From Raillietiella orientalis (lineage: Eukaryota): DNA of 64,000 nt. Made by a program: the position numbers and the translations under genes. Positions within the stretch are counted from its first letter, which is position 1. Each line of letters opens with the position of its first letter. Below the pieces are notes generated by a model. That model saw only the letters and a list, made by a program, of their open reading frames with translations, was not told where the DNA came from and did not search any database. This document shows, one piece after another, positions 35,794 to 48,899 of the stretch. The DNA lies in NCBI GenBank assembly GCA_036172245.1, contig JAYWIR010000050.1, positions 744,001 to 808,000 of the forward strand. The letters are read 5' to 3'.

Positions 35794-36904
35794 TTAACCC
35801 TTAACATCCCGGCATCTTTTTCTAACGTAACTGACCAGTAGTGTCCGATAGACACACTAAAATGAAATCAATAATGTGGAAAAAAAATTATTGTCATCAT
35901 ATTAGACGAGTCATGAATATTATATTACTATTTATTCAGGAAGGCATTCAGAGCAGATCATTTTTTTAGAGCTGGTTTTGGAGTGTCCTGGCATATTTTT
36001 ATCGCCAAATCTTAGGAAAAGGGGAATAGACGCAAATGGATTTCTTCTCCCCGTGGTCGCACGGAATGCTGCAGTACCAAACATCGGATCCCAACACGCT
36101 CTGCCATCTCCGTTGCTCTGTATGCCAACACCAGCGGTCAACAGCAGACCCCCAAATGCTTGTAATCCGAATGTATCCATTGGTTTCCACTTCTTTCCGA
36201 ATTCCCTTCCAGCTTCGGAATCGGCATCGTTGCCGAAGGAGAGCGGCGGACACCTTGGTGTTGAGGAAGTTGGCGCGTCTTCCGGTCGAAAAACAAATGG
36301 CCGCTGCCGATAGGGTCCCGAACCTCTCCCTCTGGTGGGGGAGAAACCTGACCAACTCCGACCCTGGTTCCCTCATGCCGTGGGGCTCTGCTCGTGTTTT
36401 CCGGTGCGGCTTCCCGCCGTCCTCTCCCACGTATTCTTCAGCAGACGGATTACCGCGATTATTTTCTTTTCTTCCTCTTCATTCGCATTTTCGTCACCAC
36501 CACCGGACTCCGGACGCAGTTTCCGTGAAGCTACTTTCACCATCACAGGCACCATATCTCTGATGAAGTCCGCACATCTCAGTAAATATTGATAGAATAC
36601 ATAAAAATCGTAACGGCACGCAACTTTCACATTATTTACTTGTAGGCTTTAACAGGTTCGAACGGGCCAATTTTTAATTATATCAAACCGTGTCCGATGG
36701 ACACACCTCAGTCGTTATGTCGTATTTTTGGTAAATTACTAAAATCAAGAAAGCAATGAAAGAATTGGTAAGATAATTTTGAAAATCAAGCAAAGAGGGT
36801 AAATTGGACAAAGCAATCTCGCAATCAAATGAATACTTTCGATTTTGCATGTAAGTCGAGTTGAAAATGTGCCCACCGGACACTACTGGGCTGCCAAGGA
36901 TTAA
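35794..36904 (-). mobile_element. Non-autonomous piggyBac internal-deletion derivative bounded by TTAA
   Basis: TTAA-CCCTT at 35794 and AAGGA-TTAA at 36896-36904; subterminal inverted repeat ccagtagtgtccg (35835-35847 / 36877-36889). N-terminal transposase LQAFGGLLLTAGV..CWDPMFGTAAFRAT..LFLRFGD is fused to C-terminal HSK..MICSECLPE*. Confidence 0.8.
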
Positions 36905-36989
36905 AAACGATGACTGGAAGATTGCAATAGTTAATAGCAGTATTCCATTGGAAATTATGATGTTTACTTTGCATATATAAATTCATATA

Positions 36990-39000
36990 AATATGTTATT
37001 CATTATTTAACGCATTAATGTGCTTCCGAAATGAGCTTCTGTTAAAATGGTTAGTAACATACTCCATGGTTGAAGTACTGGGTAGATAATGATCCCCGTC
37101 TCGAGGGCAAACATGAGGAGGAGTGAATGTGAAGTGCGGATGAAATTCTTTGCAAAACGCAGCATCCCTTCACAACATCACCCAAGCGTAATGGCCACCG
37201 CTTCCGGAGCAGCGTTTGCACTCGAACTTTCCAGGAACTGCCCACGTCATCTTGCTGTCAGCTTTCCCCTCCAAAGATAAGGAGGCCCGTGTGAGCGGGA
37301 ACAGCACCAGATGGAAAGAGGGAATGGAGAATCTTCCGGCATGCTGATGGATACGAGTGTACTGACTTCGCTTCTTCCACCCATGCTTGAGAAATCTTCA
37401 AGGCTGCTGCTATTATTTGCATCTCAGCGTGAGGCTGCAGACGCGAGAAAGCTCGAGCAAAAGAGATCCGCTCGGAAAATTTCCCGTCAGTTCCCGGGAC
37501 AACCTCTTCTTGCAGTCAGCTTTCGTCAAATGCGATTCCTCGGCAGGTTGGCCAATGCGTCAGGGTGACGTCGGGACAAAAGGTTATGAAGAAATTAAGG
37601 AAGAATTCACGCCACACTCCCATTCGCTGAGGGTTCGGTCAGCGTCGAGGTGCACAGTGGTGAATAAGCGTCGTTTTCGGGAAAACCACAGTGTAGAACA
37701 GTGTGGGGAAACAAAGAACGGACTCTGCATCTATAACTGCATCCTGGTCCTCTCGTCCGTTTTGTCTTTCTGCTCGGTACGATCGGTCATTCTTCCCTCC
37801 TCTGATTCAGATTCTTCTCCTCAACTGCCTGGGATAATTCTATTATCATGTGAAGCGTACCGCCCACGATCAAGTAGTATCCCTCTTCAGTAGTAGTGCT
37901 ACGGGCTCTCTTCCGCGGCTTCAGATTCAAGGATCACTACATCGTACTCCCCATCCTACAAAAGGAAAACGAAAGCCCCAAAAGGACAGACACCCAAAGT
38001 GTAACTTCGGAATTAAAAAAAAGAAAACACAGAGAAAAAAAAAAAAAATTCCAGCGCAGAGCTCAACAGCCTGCTTACCCCGCGCACATCCGGTTCGCTG
38101 ACGTAACAAAGAAAAACCTTCCTTCTTACGTCGATGATGGACGCCGGGACCCAAGAAAACCGCTCAGGTCCGATGGTTACTTCTTGCAGTTGAAACAGTC
38201 CACCGGAGTCTGTTTTCGAATCATCGTTCACGGAAGACATCATCGGTGTTGTTATTTCTACGATTTGTTACGGTAAGAGTTTCTACCAATTACCAACATT
38301 CCCCATTCGAACAGGAAACACAGGTCGGTGAAAAGGGGAAGTGGATAAATGATGAGGAAGATTCGAAGTGAGGAACAAATGGTGTTTTTCCCCGGAACCG
38401 GCGGTCGGAATCTGGGTTCGTCTGAGCAGCCCGGGAGTCGAACGAGCTGAGGGACGACAGTCCAAGAATTTCCACTGACGAAGAAGACGAAGGTCGGAAA
38501 ACATGATTCCGGCCTAGGGCACGAGTCTCGAGTGCACGGAAAAGACCTCGATCTGCTTGGAGCAAACGGAGGCTGGACCGCACGCCTCGGTGGACAAACC
38601 ACCAACACGGAAGCCCCCGAAGAATTCGAAGCGAAAAGGCCGGCACGACGAAAGTCTTCGCAAAGCACAGAATCCGAATCTTTCGTGACGTGATTCAGTT
38701 GCAATGACCACCGCTGTCAGAGTAGCGTTGCACCGAACGTCCCCGCATGTTGCTAGCGAGAGAAACTGGGATATCGGGAATCTTCCTTGTAGGTCCATTT
38801 CTGAACCAAAGTGCCAGCAAAGTGATTTCGGACGAAAGAGAGCCTCGGGTAACACATTATCTCACCGAAAGCTGAGCAGCTCAAATGCTAAGGGTCATTC
38901 CCGTTTTTCTTATTTTGCTGGTCTTGTTCCCGGATCCTCCTCGTGAGGTACATCCCATGAGCTTCGGAAACCCCTCCTCGCTCCTCGAAATCCGAAAACA
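36990..39000 (-). mobile_element. Second heavily decayed piggyBac-like remnant
   Basis: Fragmentary motifs in expected order (SKIRK, QGRFPISQF, RFG, MMSS, PASIID, Cys-rich tail ..QYFNH); 3' flank similar to 34545-34595. Confidence 0.3.
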
Positions 39001-39409
39001 CTCATGAGGAAAGTCATTACCAAGCGATCCCAAGGTGGGTCACGTGAGAATCAAATGGCGCAGATCCACGACAGGCTGGAGATCTTCAGCTTCTGTCGGA
39101 GTTTGTTTACATAATTTGGGGTGCAACTCTAAAGGTTGGGGGGCGGGTGGGGTGCATTTCCTGCATACTTGATCCATGAATGGTTCATCACCTTCCCTCG
39201 ACGAAGAACGTGTGCTTTGCTTTGCCTGCCATCGATCGGAAACAACCTGAAGGAACTCAACTGGTGGGCTGTTTACCTGAAATGAAAAGGTAGAGACAAG
39301 TGTTCCAAGACAGGCAGAACCACGTGTTCTGCCTGAATGACTTTATTGTAAAGTTTTCTTTTGTTGAAATTTTAACAGTAAATGCCACGGCATATCCGGG
39401 TGAAAAACC

Positions 39410-40250
39410 TGGCCCGCGTCGGAGCCCTTGTGGTTAAGTTCTTCCGCGTGTGGCACCACGCGTCGCAGGATGGAATACTTCGGCAGAAACTGACGTCACT
39501 GCGTCGATGGGTGCCGAGTTTCTCCTGCAACGGCGCTGGTTGGCCGAGACATTCGGGCGTGGCACCGGCGGTGGATTAAGCCGGAGGCCCCCGATGAAGG
39601 CCGGAACAATGGGAGTCGACCTTCGGGTCCTTCCAGGAATAAAGGAGTGGTGAGTTCCCCCTCCTGTCGTACAACGGAGAGCGGACCCCTCCACCGGGAG
39701 ACCCCTCCGGTTTCAAGATGGAGCAGGAGCCCTCACGGGCACCTCTCCAGTTGTTCAAAGGAGCGGACCCTCCCCGTTGCGGGGGGGGTCCCTCCGATTC
39801 GTCGCCTCTTCACAGAGTGTGCACAAGGAAGCAAGCGAGAGCGGTTCCCTGCGGGAAGCTGCAGCGCCCCTTCTGAGTTTCGGAAGCGCCCCTTCGGGGT
39901 TCTCTTCAGAGGAGTGAACAGGAGCGGTTCCCTTGCGGGTTCCCTCCCGAGAAGAAATTCCTACAAGCGGATCCCTTTCCGGGTTCCCTTCGGAGAAGTT
40001 GAAATGGAGAGGACCACACCCCATTACGGGGGGTGTCCCTCCGGAGAGAATGAGGAAGGAGATTCCCTTCTGGGTTCCCCTTCGGAGGCAACCAGGGTGG
40101 GAGGTGCGATCCCCCCCGTCCGGGGGGATCCCTCCCCAAGCGTGAGAGGAGCAGACTCCGAGCCTTTCCTGGATTCATAGGGAGGACCCCCATCCCAGGG
40201 TACCCCCTGTCCTGAAGAATTACACTGTTACACGCCCCCTTGCGGGTTGC
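39410..40250. repeat. Composite repeat: block shared with 6436-6690 followed by family A
   Basis: Shared blocks as above; internal sub-repeats and a 9-bp hairpin gatcccccc/ggggggatc at 40108-40130. Confidence 0.6.
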
Positions 40251-41917
40251 TGCGGGCGGAGAGGCGTGGAAACAAAACAGTGTGTTTAATGTAAAAGAGC
40301 CTCGTGCGCCGCGAGGCACGCGATCGGCTCGTGAGGTTACTTTAGCGAACCAAAAAAAAAAAGCTACAAGGAAAACAGCATACAGAAGAAAAAAAGAAAA
40401 ACCCAAGGATTTCCATCGTCCTAGGCCAATAGTAACGATCTCCTCGCGGGGTCGCTACTGGCCTTTTAAAAAAAAAAAAACAACCTGGGATGAAAAGGCT
40501 GTCTGCAAACTGGCTGTGAAATATTACTCTGGACCAGCAATACTCCATCTACCGCCGCCCAGCTTCTATGCTGGTTGCGCGCTACATCATTGTATTAAGA
40601 ATAGCATGTAGCAATTATAAATCTGATTTATCTAAAATAGTCAGAAAGTCTCAATATCAGATGTTACACTAATTTTTAAATGAACGCTTGGTTTCATTTA
40701 GATTCTTGAGTTTAATTTTTTTGCATGATTATGTTATAATATACAACGTACCATATACAGCCCGCGTAATGTTGCAAACTTATGCGCATGTGGCCCGAGA
40801 AGAAGAAAGGTGGAGCATCCCTGCTCTGGACCAACAGCAAGGAGTGAATGCGCACTGCCTTAGAGGAATATCTACAGTTTTTTTAGGATGACACAAAAAG
40901 AATACCAAAGAATTTGGAAAGGGGTACTTGAGCTTTTGAGGAAACGGTAAAGAAGAAAACAAAAATAAAAAATCATCTGATATTTGCAAAGTTGACATTT
41001 CATATGGAATTTTAATTTCGTGCTGGTTTCGTGAGATTTCGCATGAAAAAGAAAAAAACCGCTCCGTTACATCATTTAAAGAAATGGGACGAATCCTCAA
41101 CACATTACATGAACAGTAATTAAGAACAATCGGAAATGTTAGTGTTTTCATTCGTAAAGTGGAAGTCTATGATTACCGTTGGCTTGTCCGCGAGCTGATA
41201 TTCACTTCTTATTCCCTTTCATTGCACGAATCCTTTACAAAGCGCAGCTAATGGGAAATGATGGGCATCCAAAACGTCATTTTCGAAAGATCCATAAAAC
41301 AAGATGCTTAGAAGAAAAGAAAAAAAACGCAACAACCCTCGATAAAGCAGTCCGTGGAAGTTTGAAACAGATTCCGAGTTAAGCAGAATTCATCCCTGGT
41401 AGATTTAAGGAAATGATTCACAGTCTGAATGGCAGCGGCAATGAGAAATTGCAGGAGAACGATTCGCTCGCAAAATCTTCCAGCTGACTGAGGAACTTTG
41501 CATAACCACTCAGAGTGGAGTCTTCCAACCAACGTGCATAGAGAAAGATCATACCCATGACTGCATAGAAATAAGAATCCGAGCAAGAGTGCGGAATAAT
41601 TGATCTCAAAGCGCGGACCCGCATATTGTGGTTCGTCGTCCTCTTAAACGAGAGTTGCGGAGCAAGTCGTGTCACAGGCGTGCGGTCAGGAATGGTCAGT
41701 AAAACCGAAGGTCATCATTTTGCGCTGCAGAATAGATCCATTCGAGACGCTTGCGTGCGTGTTGGCACTCCATCAAGTAACAGCAGGGAGAAAAATAATT
41801 GTATCGGGAAAAAGAAATGAAAAATAGGTAGAATGACTGTCTAAAGAGGAAAGTAGGTAAACAAATGGATCAGAAAAAAAAAAAAAAACGTCGCTCCATG
41901 CCTGGTATTCCGCTGTA

Positions 41918-42077
41918 GCATCGTTGGGTCTGTTTTCCGGAAGTGAAAGAAATTGCGTCGCATCGTTGGGTCTGTTTGCAGGAAGTGAAAGAAATTGCGT
42001 CGCATCGTTGGGTCTGTTTGCCGGAAGTGAAAGAAATTGAGTCGCATCGTTGGGTCTGTTTGCAGGAAGTGAAAGAA
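41918..42077. repeat. Minisatellite, 42-bp unit x ~3.8
   Basis: gcatcgttgggtctgtttgc(a/c)ggaagtgaaagaaattgcgtc starting at 41918, 41960, 42002 and 42044. Confidence 0.95.
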
Positions 42078-42499
42078 GTGAAATTATGATGCAAGAAGCG
42101 TACTAACATTCGTAAGTTCCTTCAGACTCCGGTCCTATAGAAACTTACACACAGTAACTGTGTACATGTAGCCTGAAGATTCTTATTTCGGTTGCATCCC
42201 GCGGGATTCGTACCCTACGTCTTGTGATCACACCCTCATTTGTAACTGGACACACCGCTCCCTCCCAAGAGCAATCGAAGAGAACAGTTCTCTCGCCATA
42301 ATGAATAGACAATACAGGAGGGCCCCCGAAATGCGAAAGGCAATCTAGCAAAAGTGGATGCTTCGAAATAGGAGGATAAATCCTGTTTGTAAATTAAATG
42401 CTTTCTCGCCTCGAAGATGTATAGTCTTGAACCCAAGGTTTCTCATCCATCTTCTGCTAAATTCCTACTGTGTTCACCGTTCGTATTCCTTTTTAAAAT

Positions 42500-45250
42500 T
42501 CTAGTAACAGACAAGAAACTCTCATCTCCGTAATTCTTGACGTTGCATAAATAATTCTGCGTGAGAATGACCTTTTCAGTCAGGATTTTCTTGGACTGCA
42601 TGTATTCTGCATGCAGCACAAAGAGGCTGCTGCAGATTTCAAGTCGTCAATAATGCTGTCGGGGGAGGGTGAGAAAAGCATTCCTCTTTTTTTTTTTTTT
42701 TTTCCTTGCATTTTCTCCCGAATTCTACTCACCAGGAGTTCCTTCAGTCTTCGCCGAAGGAAGAATAAGAGTAACTCATCTTGTGACGAATTTTCGGAAA
42801 CTTCTTTTTCGAGAAACATTTCATGCAACCACAACCTCCCCGACACAAGCTGAGTTTACTTGGCGCACTCATTACCGATCTTCTTGGGAAATCTTGACAC
42901 TTTCTGCTCCATCTCTGCCCTAGGTCTTCGGAAAGGTGACTGTGTTTCCGTGCATCGTCACCCTCCAAGCTTCGAAGCGCACAGCTCAGAATCCCCGCAT
43001 CGAATCCGAAGTTCTCCGGGCATACCGTTCGCCAGGCACCTTTCACTGCCGGTCTGCACGGAGAGACGAATGCGTCCCTCTCTCGAATCAGTCCAGTGGG
43101 AACCTGATAGCCAACAAAGCACTTGCTGCTATCCTGTATCATCCACACATTCCATAGCTTTGCCTTTGTGCACCGCCATCAGTGGCTGGAGGTGAATTCC
43201 ATTGGAGGGATCTCGGAAATTTTTCACACTGTCTCAGCGTTTCAGCGTTCCTTCGAAAAATATGGACAAACAAGCTCCCAAAGCAACGGGGGGCGGGAAG
43301 AATTTTGTGGAGAGGGTCCTCCGACACGGGGGTTGGTCACTCTAAAAGCCCGGAACGGGTGCGAGGGGACAATAAATAAAGAACCAAAAAGAGGAAAGGG
43401 GTCTTTGCTACTGGGCCGGCGCCCGACGCCGGCGATCTCCGCCAAGACTTCTCGCAGGAGAGGCCATCTCGCAGCCGTCCCCTTGCGGGTGGAGCCTCCC
43501 TTCTCTGCGCCCGAGACTCTAGCACATGGCGACCCCTGACGATGCCGCCGACGCAGCAGATCGTCACCATGGGTGCCTGACAAAAGTCCTCCGCGCCTGA
43601 AGAATCTCCGCAGCACGTCCACGGCGTCGGGAGGCGTCCCGGCGCAGGGGAGCTGAAGACGGCAGCCTCAGCGACGGTTCTTCGGGACCACCGCAGCCTG
43701 CCGAGGGGCGCGCGGAGGACTCGACCGTCCTGCGCCAGGGACAGCTCAGTGCGCGAGGTGGCGACGCCGGTCGCGCCGGACACGCCGGTGCGGGAAAAGC
43801 ACGATGGTAGCACCGAAGTGTCCACGCACCAAGGATACTCCTCGACTGCCTCGGAGACTGATGGGTAGGGGGTGCACTCGAAGGGTCGGCCCATCTGAAG
43901 GGATCGCTTCTCCCGGGGCCGAGTAGCGGCGCCGTCCGCCAACCCGCCCGTCTTCCAGCTGCCCGGGAGCTCCTGCAGTGGTGCAGGAAAGTTCCCGCCC
44001 CGCCGGCAGGCTGCCGTCGTCATCTGTCCCTGGAGCAGGGTCTTGGAAACAGGAGGTTTCATGGAGGTGAATCCTGCACCTTATTCAAACGTGAATAAGA
44101 CCTGCATGGCCGCTGAGTATGGGATTTGAGCACAGAAAATACGGGATAGGAACATTCTGGAGGGGTCCTCCACTCGTGCCTTCTTCCAGAGCTTGAAGCC
44201 CGCTGGGAATTTTCTAAAGATGCGAGGCTCATCACAGCATCGTCTTGAAAATCTTTCACTTATAGACGTCGACACGGGAAGACTGTTCCTGCGCGAAGTC
44301 AGCAAGCAAACACGACACATCCCTGCCAGAACGGATTTCACATGGCTGTAAAGCGCCGTGGTAACCATCGAAGTCTTCGTGATGTGCGAGCAGGCAGCAG
44401 CCCGAAATGTTCCTCGTGGTTTGGTAGCCGGTGCTTTGGCCTAACAGCACTGGACCACAGGGAGATTTCACATTTGGCGTTGAGAGGTCGCCTTCTGCTT
44501 TCCAGATAGAAGCAGTCGCAGGTCGAAGTTCAAGAACCCGCTCGATGGATTCCCTTTGTTTCTTTCTTTCCTTCTTTTCCCCCTTTTACCCGGGATCGAT
44601 TCGAGCACGCTTGACGGGAGACGTGTCTAATTCTGGGAGGAATGCTTCCTCAAGCTCCGTGCTCCTTCTTCTGCAGAATCAGTCTGCAAGGTCGCAAGGG
44701 ATGCACCAAACGACCTACGTTTCGAATGCGAGCGTTCTCGCACAAAAAGCGTGCAAGGGTTCCGCCGCATGATCCCTTCCGAGACGTCCTTGGCTGGTCC
44801 CAGCATCCAGGATTCTCCATTCCGTGTCAGGGGTTGCATGATTGCTACCTTCCGTGTTGCGTTCTGGAACGACGCTTCTGCCCTCTTTCCTTGTGTTTTC
44901 ATTTATTTTTACTTTCCAGATGTCATAAAAAAAAAAAAAAAAAAGGTCTTTTTTTTGTCTCCTGTCCGTCATCCTTCGCGGAATATCCATATAACTGCGT
45001 ACAGCTGTACGCACAGGGCTGTATGCACATGGATGCATAATTTCAGATCACGTGAACGGCATACCTTCGATACGGAAAGGTCCATTTACTAAATGATCAC
45101 TTCCTTGAATAAAAAAAGAAGGAAAACCCTACGCATGATGTGGGGCTTTTTCGTTAACATTCCTTTCGTTCCTGTTCTTAAAAATCCTATTCTTGAACAC
45201 ACATGCGAATGCGATCGAACCACGTGTGTATGTGTTTCCCTGATTTCCGT
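42500..45250 (-). mobile_element. Probable decayed P-element/THAP9-like transposase, interrupted by a LINE fragment
   Basis: Ordered fragmentary motifs SHVCSR (THAP-like), ASLATLQ (LPS..TL), MFLSRIFCAQ, LLAIRFPLD*FE (LT.RF.QD.LE) and GMLFSPS; many stops and frameshifts. Confidence 0.4.
43300..44010 (-). mobile_element. LINE-derived 3' fragment; left arm of the inverted pair
   Basis: Near-identical reverse complement of 51075-51790; homologous to 46560-47050 (DVLRRFFRRGGL ~ DLMRRFFTPGGL; shared 3' UTR caaagacccc, accga.c..cgtgtcgg). Confidence 0.8.
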
Positions 45251-45270
45251 TGAAGCTGGCACCGTTACGT

Positions 45271-45499
45271 ACGGTACACTGGGGTTCCGCGGAAAGTCAG
45301 TAAGTGTTCCATGAAAAATTATGAAAATTCTCCATAATCAAAATTTGAGTATAAATGTTTGTTTTGTTTTCTCTTGTATCTACTTGCTTAGTTTATTTGT
45401 TGTTAATTATCTATCTGCCCTATAAAATAACCAAGGTATTCCGTTAAAATTTCGGGATTTGTGGGGTGTTCCCTCACGGGAAAAGTTTGGGAGACGCTG
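45271..45499. mobile_element. hAT (Charlie/Buster-type) element end or truncated MITE
   Basis: Terminal aaaagtttgggagacgctg (reverse complement CAGCGTCTCCCAAACT) with repeated subterminal g.ttcc(g) motifs; partner TIR not found. Confidence 0.4.
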
Positions 45500-46399
45500 A
45501 CGTAAACGAACTACCCTCTGATTCCCTCTGATTGAAAAAGAGTAATCTCTCCTCTACGTCAGTTTAACCATCTCTGATTCGGTTTGGTGCACGTCAGAGT
45601 GTTGCATCATTCATCTCTTCCTTTTTTTTTAAGGGGAGGGGAGGGATCGGTGCGTTTTGCCATTACGCAGAAGCATTTCAGGTACACTACGGTGTGGCCA
45701 TTTAGTAGCCCCTGGAAAGAATTCTTCTTCCTGCGTGGATGCTTCTTTTCGGGTCATAATTTGTTGCACGTACCATCATCACCGAGTGAGCATTTGTCTC
45801 CTATTTACATCTTTCAAATAGGTGAATGAGTTTTCCTGTTGGGTGATCGATCTTAGATTTCAGGCTGGACACGGGAAAAAAATCCGATTCTGTTGACTCC
45901 CTATTTTTTTCTTGACGTGTGGTTGCTGTTTTTTCCCGTGCTCTGCAGGGGTTTTTCGGACGAAGGGAATGCAACATGTCTGTATGGCATCTGCTCCGAT
46001 GAATAAATTCCGTTCCTCAATTCAAAAAGAATGTATCCCTTCCGATTGCAAAGGGATGAATTGCCCCGTCGACAGGCCGCCGGAATTCTTCCCTTGATTT
46101 CGAAAAAAAAATCGAAAAACAAAGATTCGGAAGCCTAAATGCTCAGTTGTTCCTCCTCCTCCTCCTTTTTCGATTTCAATGATACAGAAGCCGATGGCTG
46201 ATCACCGAATCCCAATGTTTATGTTACGAACTTGGAAAGCACGACTTTCTGTAAAGCATCAGCTCCAGGGAGACACGACCGGGAGGAACTTGCCGGCATC
46301 CCTGAGCGGCCTCCAGGGAACAATCTGTGATCCCTTCCCTTAGCCCCTGAACATTGGAGTGCTCGTTTTGTTTCGTATTTATCTTCTCCCGAATTTCCC

Positions 46400-47105
46400 G
46401 GGAGGCGGCTCCTCCCGAGCTCCTCAGGAACACGCGGAAGCGACGGCATTGTGCTGACACCACAGGAACGCGAGGCAACCCATGCAACCAGCGCGTTTCC
46501 ATTGCAACCGGCACACGAACCGTGTTTCCGGGGGAGTTGCCCCCCCGAACTGCAAAAGGTGAGGAGAAGTGGAAACGCTCCCGCACCTGCTCTTGGACTG
46601 CGGTGCCCTCCAAGGACTGTGGCGGAGGCTGGTGGCCTCAGCTCTCCTGCACCAGGGGGACACCGCAAGAGACTTGATGCGCCGCTTCTTCACGCCAGGC
46701 GGCCTGTCTTTAGGTGTTGTCATCGCAACGGTCTGTTGCACCCGCGCCATCGACAAGGCCCACCGAGAGCTGGAGAAGCTGGCCATCCTTTGTCTGCCCA
46801 CCGGACTAGCCATCGCAAGCATGTCGTCGGCTGCCGAGTGGGCCCATCTGCCACAGGACGTAAGGAGGGAGATCGTCGGCATCCAACACCGGTTCTGAAA
46901 GAAAGGAATGGCCTACACCAAAGACCCCTGTTCCCTACCCCCTACCCCCATATCTTTATTTAGATTTTTTATATGTCTATTTGTGGTCCCCTACCTCCCG
47001 TTCAGGACTTTCGGTTTACCGACCTACGTGTCGGGGATCCCTCCATTCGTTTTTCTGTGTCCCTTGTCCGGGAACTCTATTCCTGGATAGTTTAGCAATA
47101 AACGT
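46400..47105 (+). mobile_element. L1/Tx1-like LINE 3' end (best-preserved copy)
   Basis: PNCKR*GEVETLPHLLLDCGALQGLWRRL (C..C..E...H...C zinc-binding motif); stop at 46898; AATAAA at ~47097. Confidence 0.7.
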
Positions 47106-47499
47106 CTCGGAGCACCCGGGTGGGAAACAGAAGCACTAGCAGATTCATCGACGGAAGATGCATCTTTCACAAGAAGCGCTCCTGCGTGACCAGGAGAAAA
47201 GGCCAGCGGCATTCTATTTCAACCGCGAAGGTAACCATGGAACTACATTCTCCGTTCGAAACACTCTCCACTGCCCTCTCCTCGACGACGAGCGGACACC
47301 GCACAAGAGTAACACGAAGCCTTGAAATTTTGTATACACCGAAGCTGTCGAGCGAGCTTGACGTGTGTACGTACACGTTTTGGAAGAGGCGCCGCTGTGA
47401 CGGATGTGGAAAAAAAAAAAAAAAAACACCATTTGCCGTGAACATGCGAAATTTCCGTAAAAAGTTCCGAAGAAGATCTCATTTGCATGTGTGTGTTTT

Positions 47500-48770
47500 G
47501 ATCGGGACTGCAGCGTGCAGCGGCCTCACTCATTTCCTGTGTGAACATTTTCGTTGAGGTGGTGTCAGGCTTGCCAAGCAAACAGAAAAATTCGTCTTTC
47601 TTTTCACACAACTGAAGCCCTAACGGAAGAAAAATAATAATGGTCCTCGGCGAAAGCTCCGATTCGGTCCCTCGACTAAGGCTTCCGAGCTTTGGCTTCA
47701 AAAGAGTGACCTGCGTGAGGTGGAAACGAAACTTTCGTCTTTCCATTTCGAAGATGACCGAAAGTGACTTCGAAAGAGACCTCAAGAAGCAGAGTTCCTA
47801 AAATTGCAACGGCTTGGGGAAAAAAACAAAATCCGACGTGGAGGACGCGAATCCCAGCGTATTCCAGAGCAGGACATCCGTGTTGATGGATCCCTGTTGC
47901 CATGGAGAGGGCGACTGCCTCGGGAGCGGCACGTATACCTTCTAAAAGGAACCGTTGTGGAATGAAATTTTTTGCCTTCTGCAGCCTGCATGATGCAGTT
48001 GGAATTTCTGTGCGCACATTGGCAAAGATACAGAGCGTGGTCACAATTGTCCTCGACCGATAGAAGACCGCGTTCGTCCTTTCTCGTGACCTACTAGGCC
48101 AGGGATTCGATTCGGATAACTGGTACGCAAGTACGGAACTCGGTACTTGCAAGACGGGCATGATTGGTACAATGCGACATTCCTGAAGATATGAAAGCAA
48201 CTTCTCTGAAGAAAGGTCAGTACATTGCAAAATGTGACAACAAAATCATGTTGTTGCAGTGGCGGGACAAAAGGGATGTACAATGTACCTCGGTACAACA
48301 CATGGCGCCCATGTGATGGAAACAGACGGAAACAGGCGGTGTCGTGAAAAGAAAGCTTGACGTGGAGAAAAAATGGGTGGAGTGGACAGGAGCGATGGTA
48401 CAATGGCAGCGTGTACGCTGGCAAGAAAGAGGTGGTACGGGAAAGTATTTCTGCACCTTTTCGACGTCATGTGCTTGAAGTCGTATTTATTACATAAAGG
48501 AAAGCGGTGGGAGATCAAACCGATCCCATTTTTTGCTCGGGGTGCATCGAACGAATTGTAGAGGAATCTTCGACTGCGGAAAGCGTGAGGGCTGGTGGAC
48601 CAGCTGCCACGTCAGGTCATCGGGAAACGCCCTCCGAACTTTACACCATGTACGCTATGGGAAACGAGTGCGTGGCGAGGGTGGATGGGGTGTTCCGAAA
48701 ATGGCGTCCGTAAGGAAACGCGGTGTTGGGGTTGGACCCGTATCTTGCTTCGAAACGCATCGTGCTGCAA
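47500..48770 (+). mobile_element. piggyBac (PGBD-type, DDE_Tnp_1_7) transposase pseudogene
   Basis: QDIRVDGSLLPWRGRL, KRNRCGMKFF, IGTMR, LKKGQYIA..MLLQWRDKRDV, MGGVDRSD..RKRWYGKVFLHLFD and C-terminal RKETRC..CFETH; frameshifted. Confidence 0.85.
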
Positions 48771-48899
48771 AATCAGGTCCAACTTTTCGTGCGCTTTTGC
48801 TCGCGTACGAAGTTTCTCGTTTTCTGTACGATGGCGAAATTTTTTCATGAATCCAATTCCCTCTCCCCCCCTTTTTTTGCGTTGAAATTTACAACCGAT

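Noticed and set aside
41918..42077. CRISPR-like periodicity
   Set aside because: Units are directly adjacent with no unique spacers, no cas genes, and the context is eukaryotic
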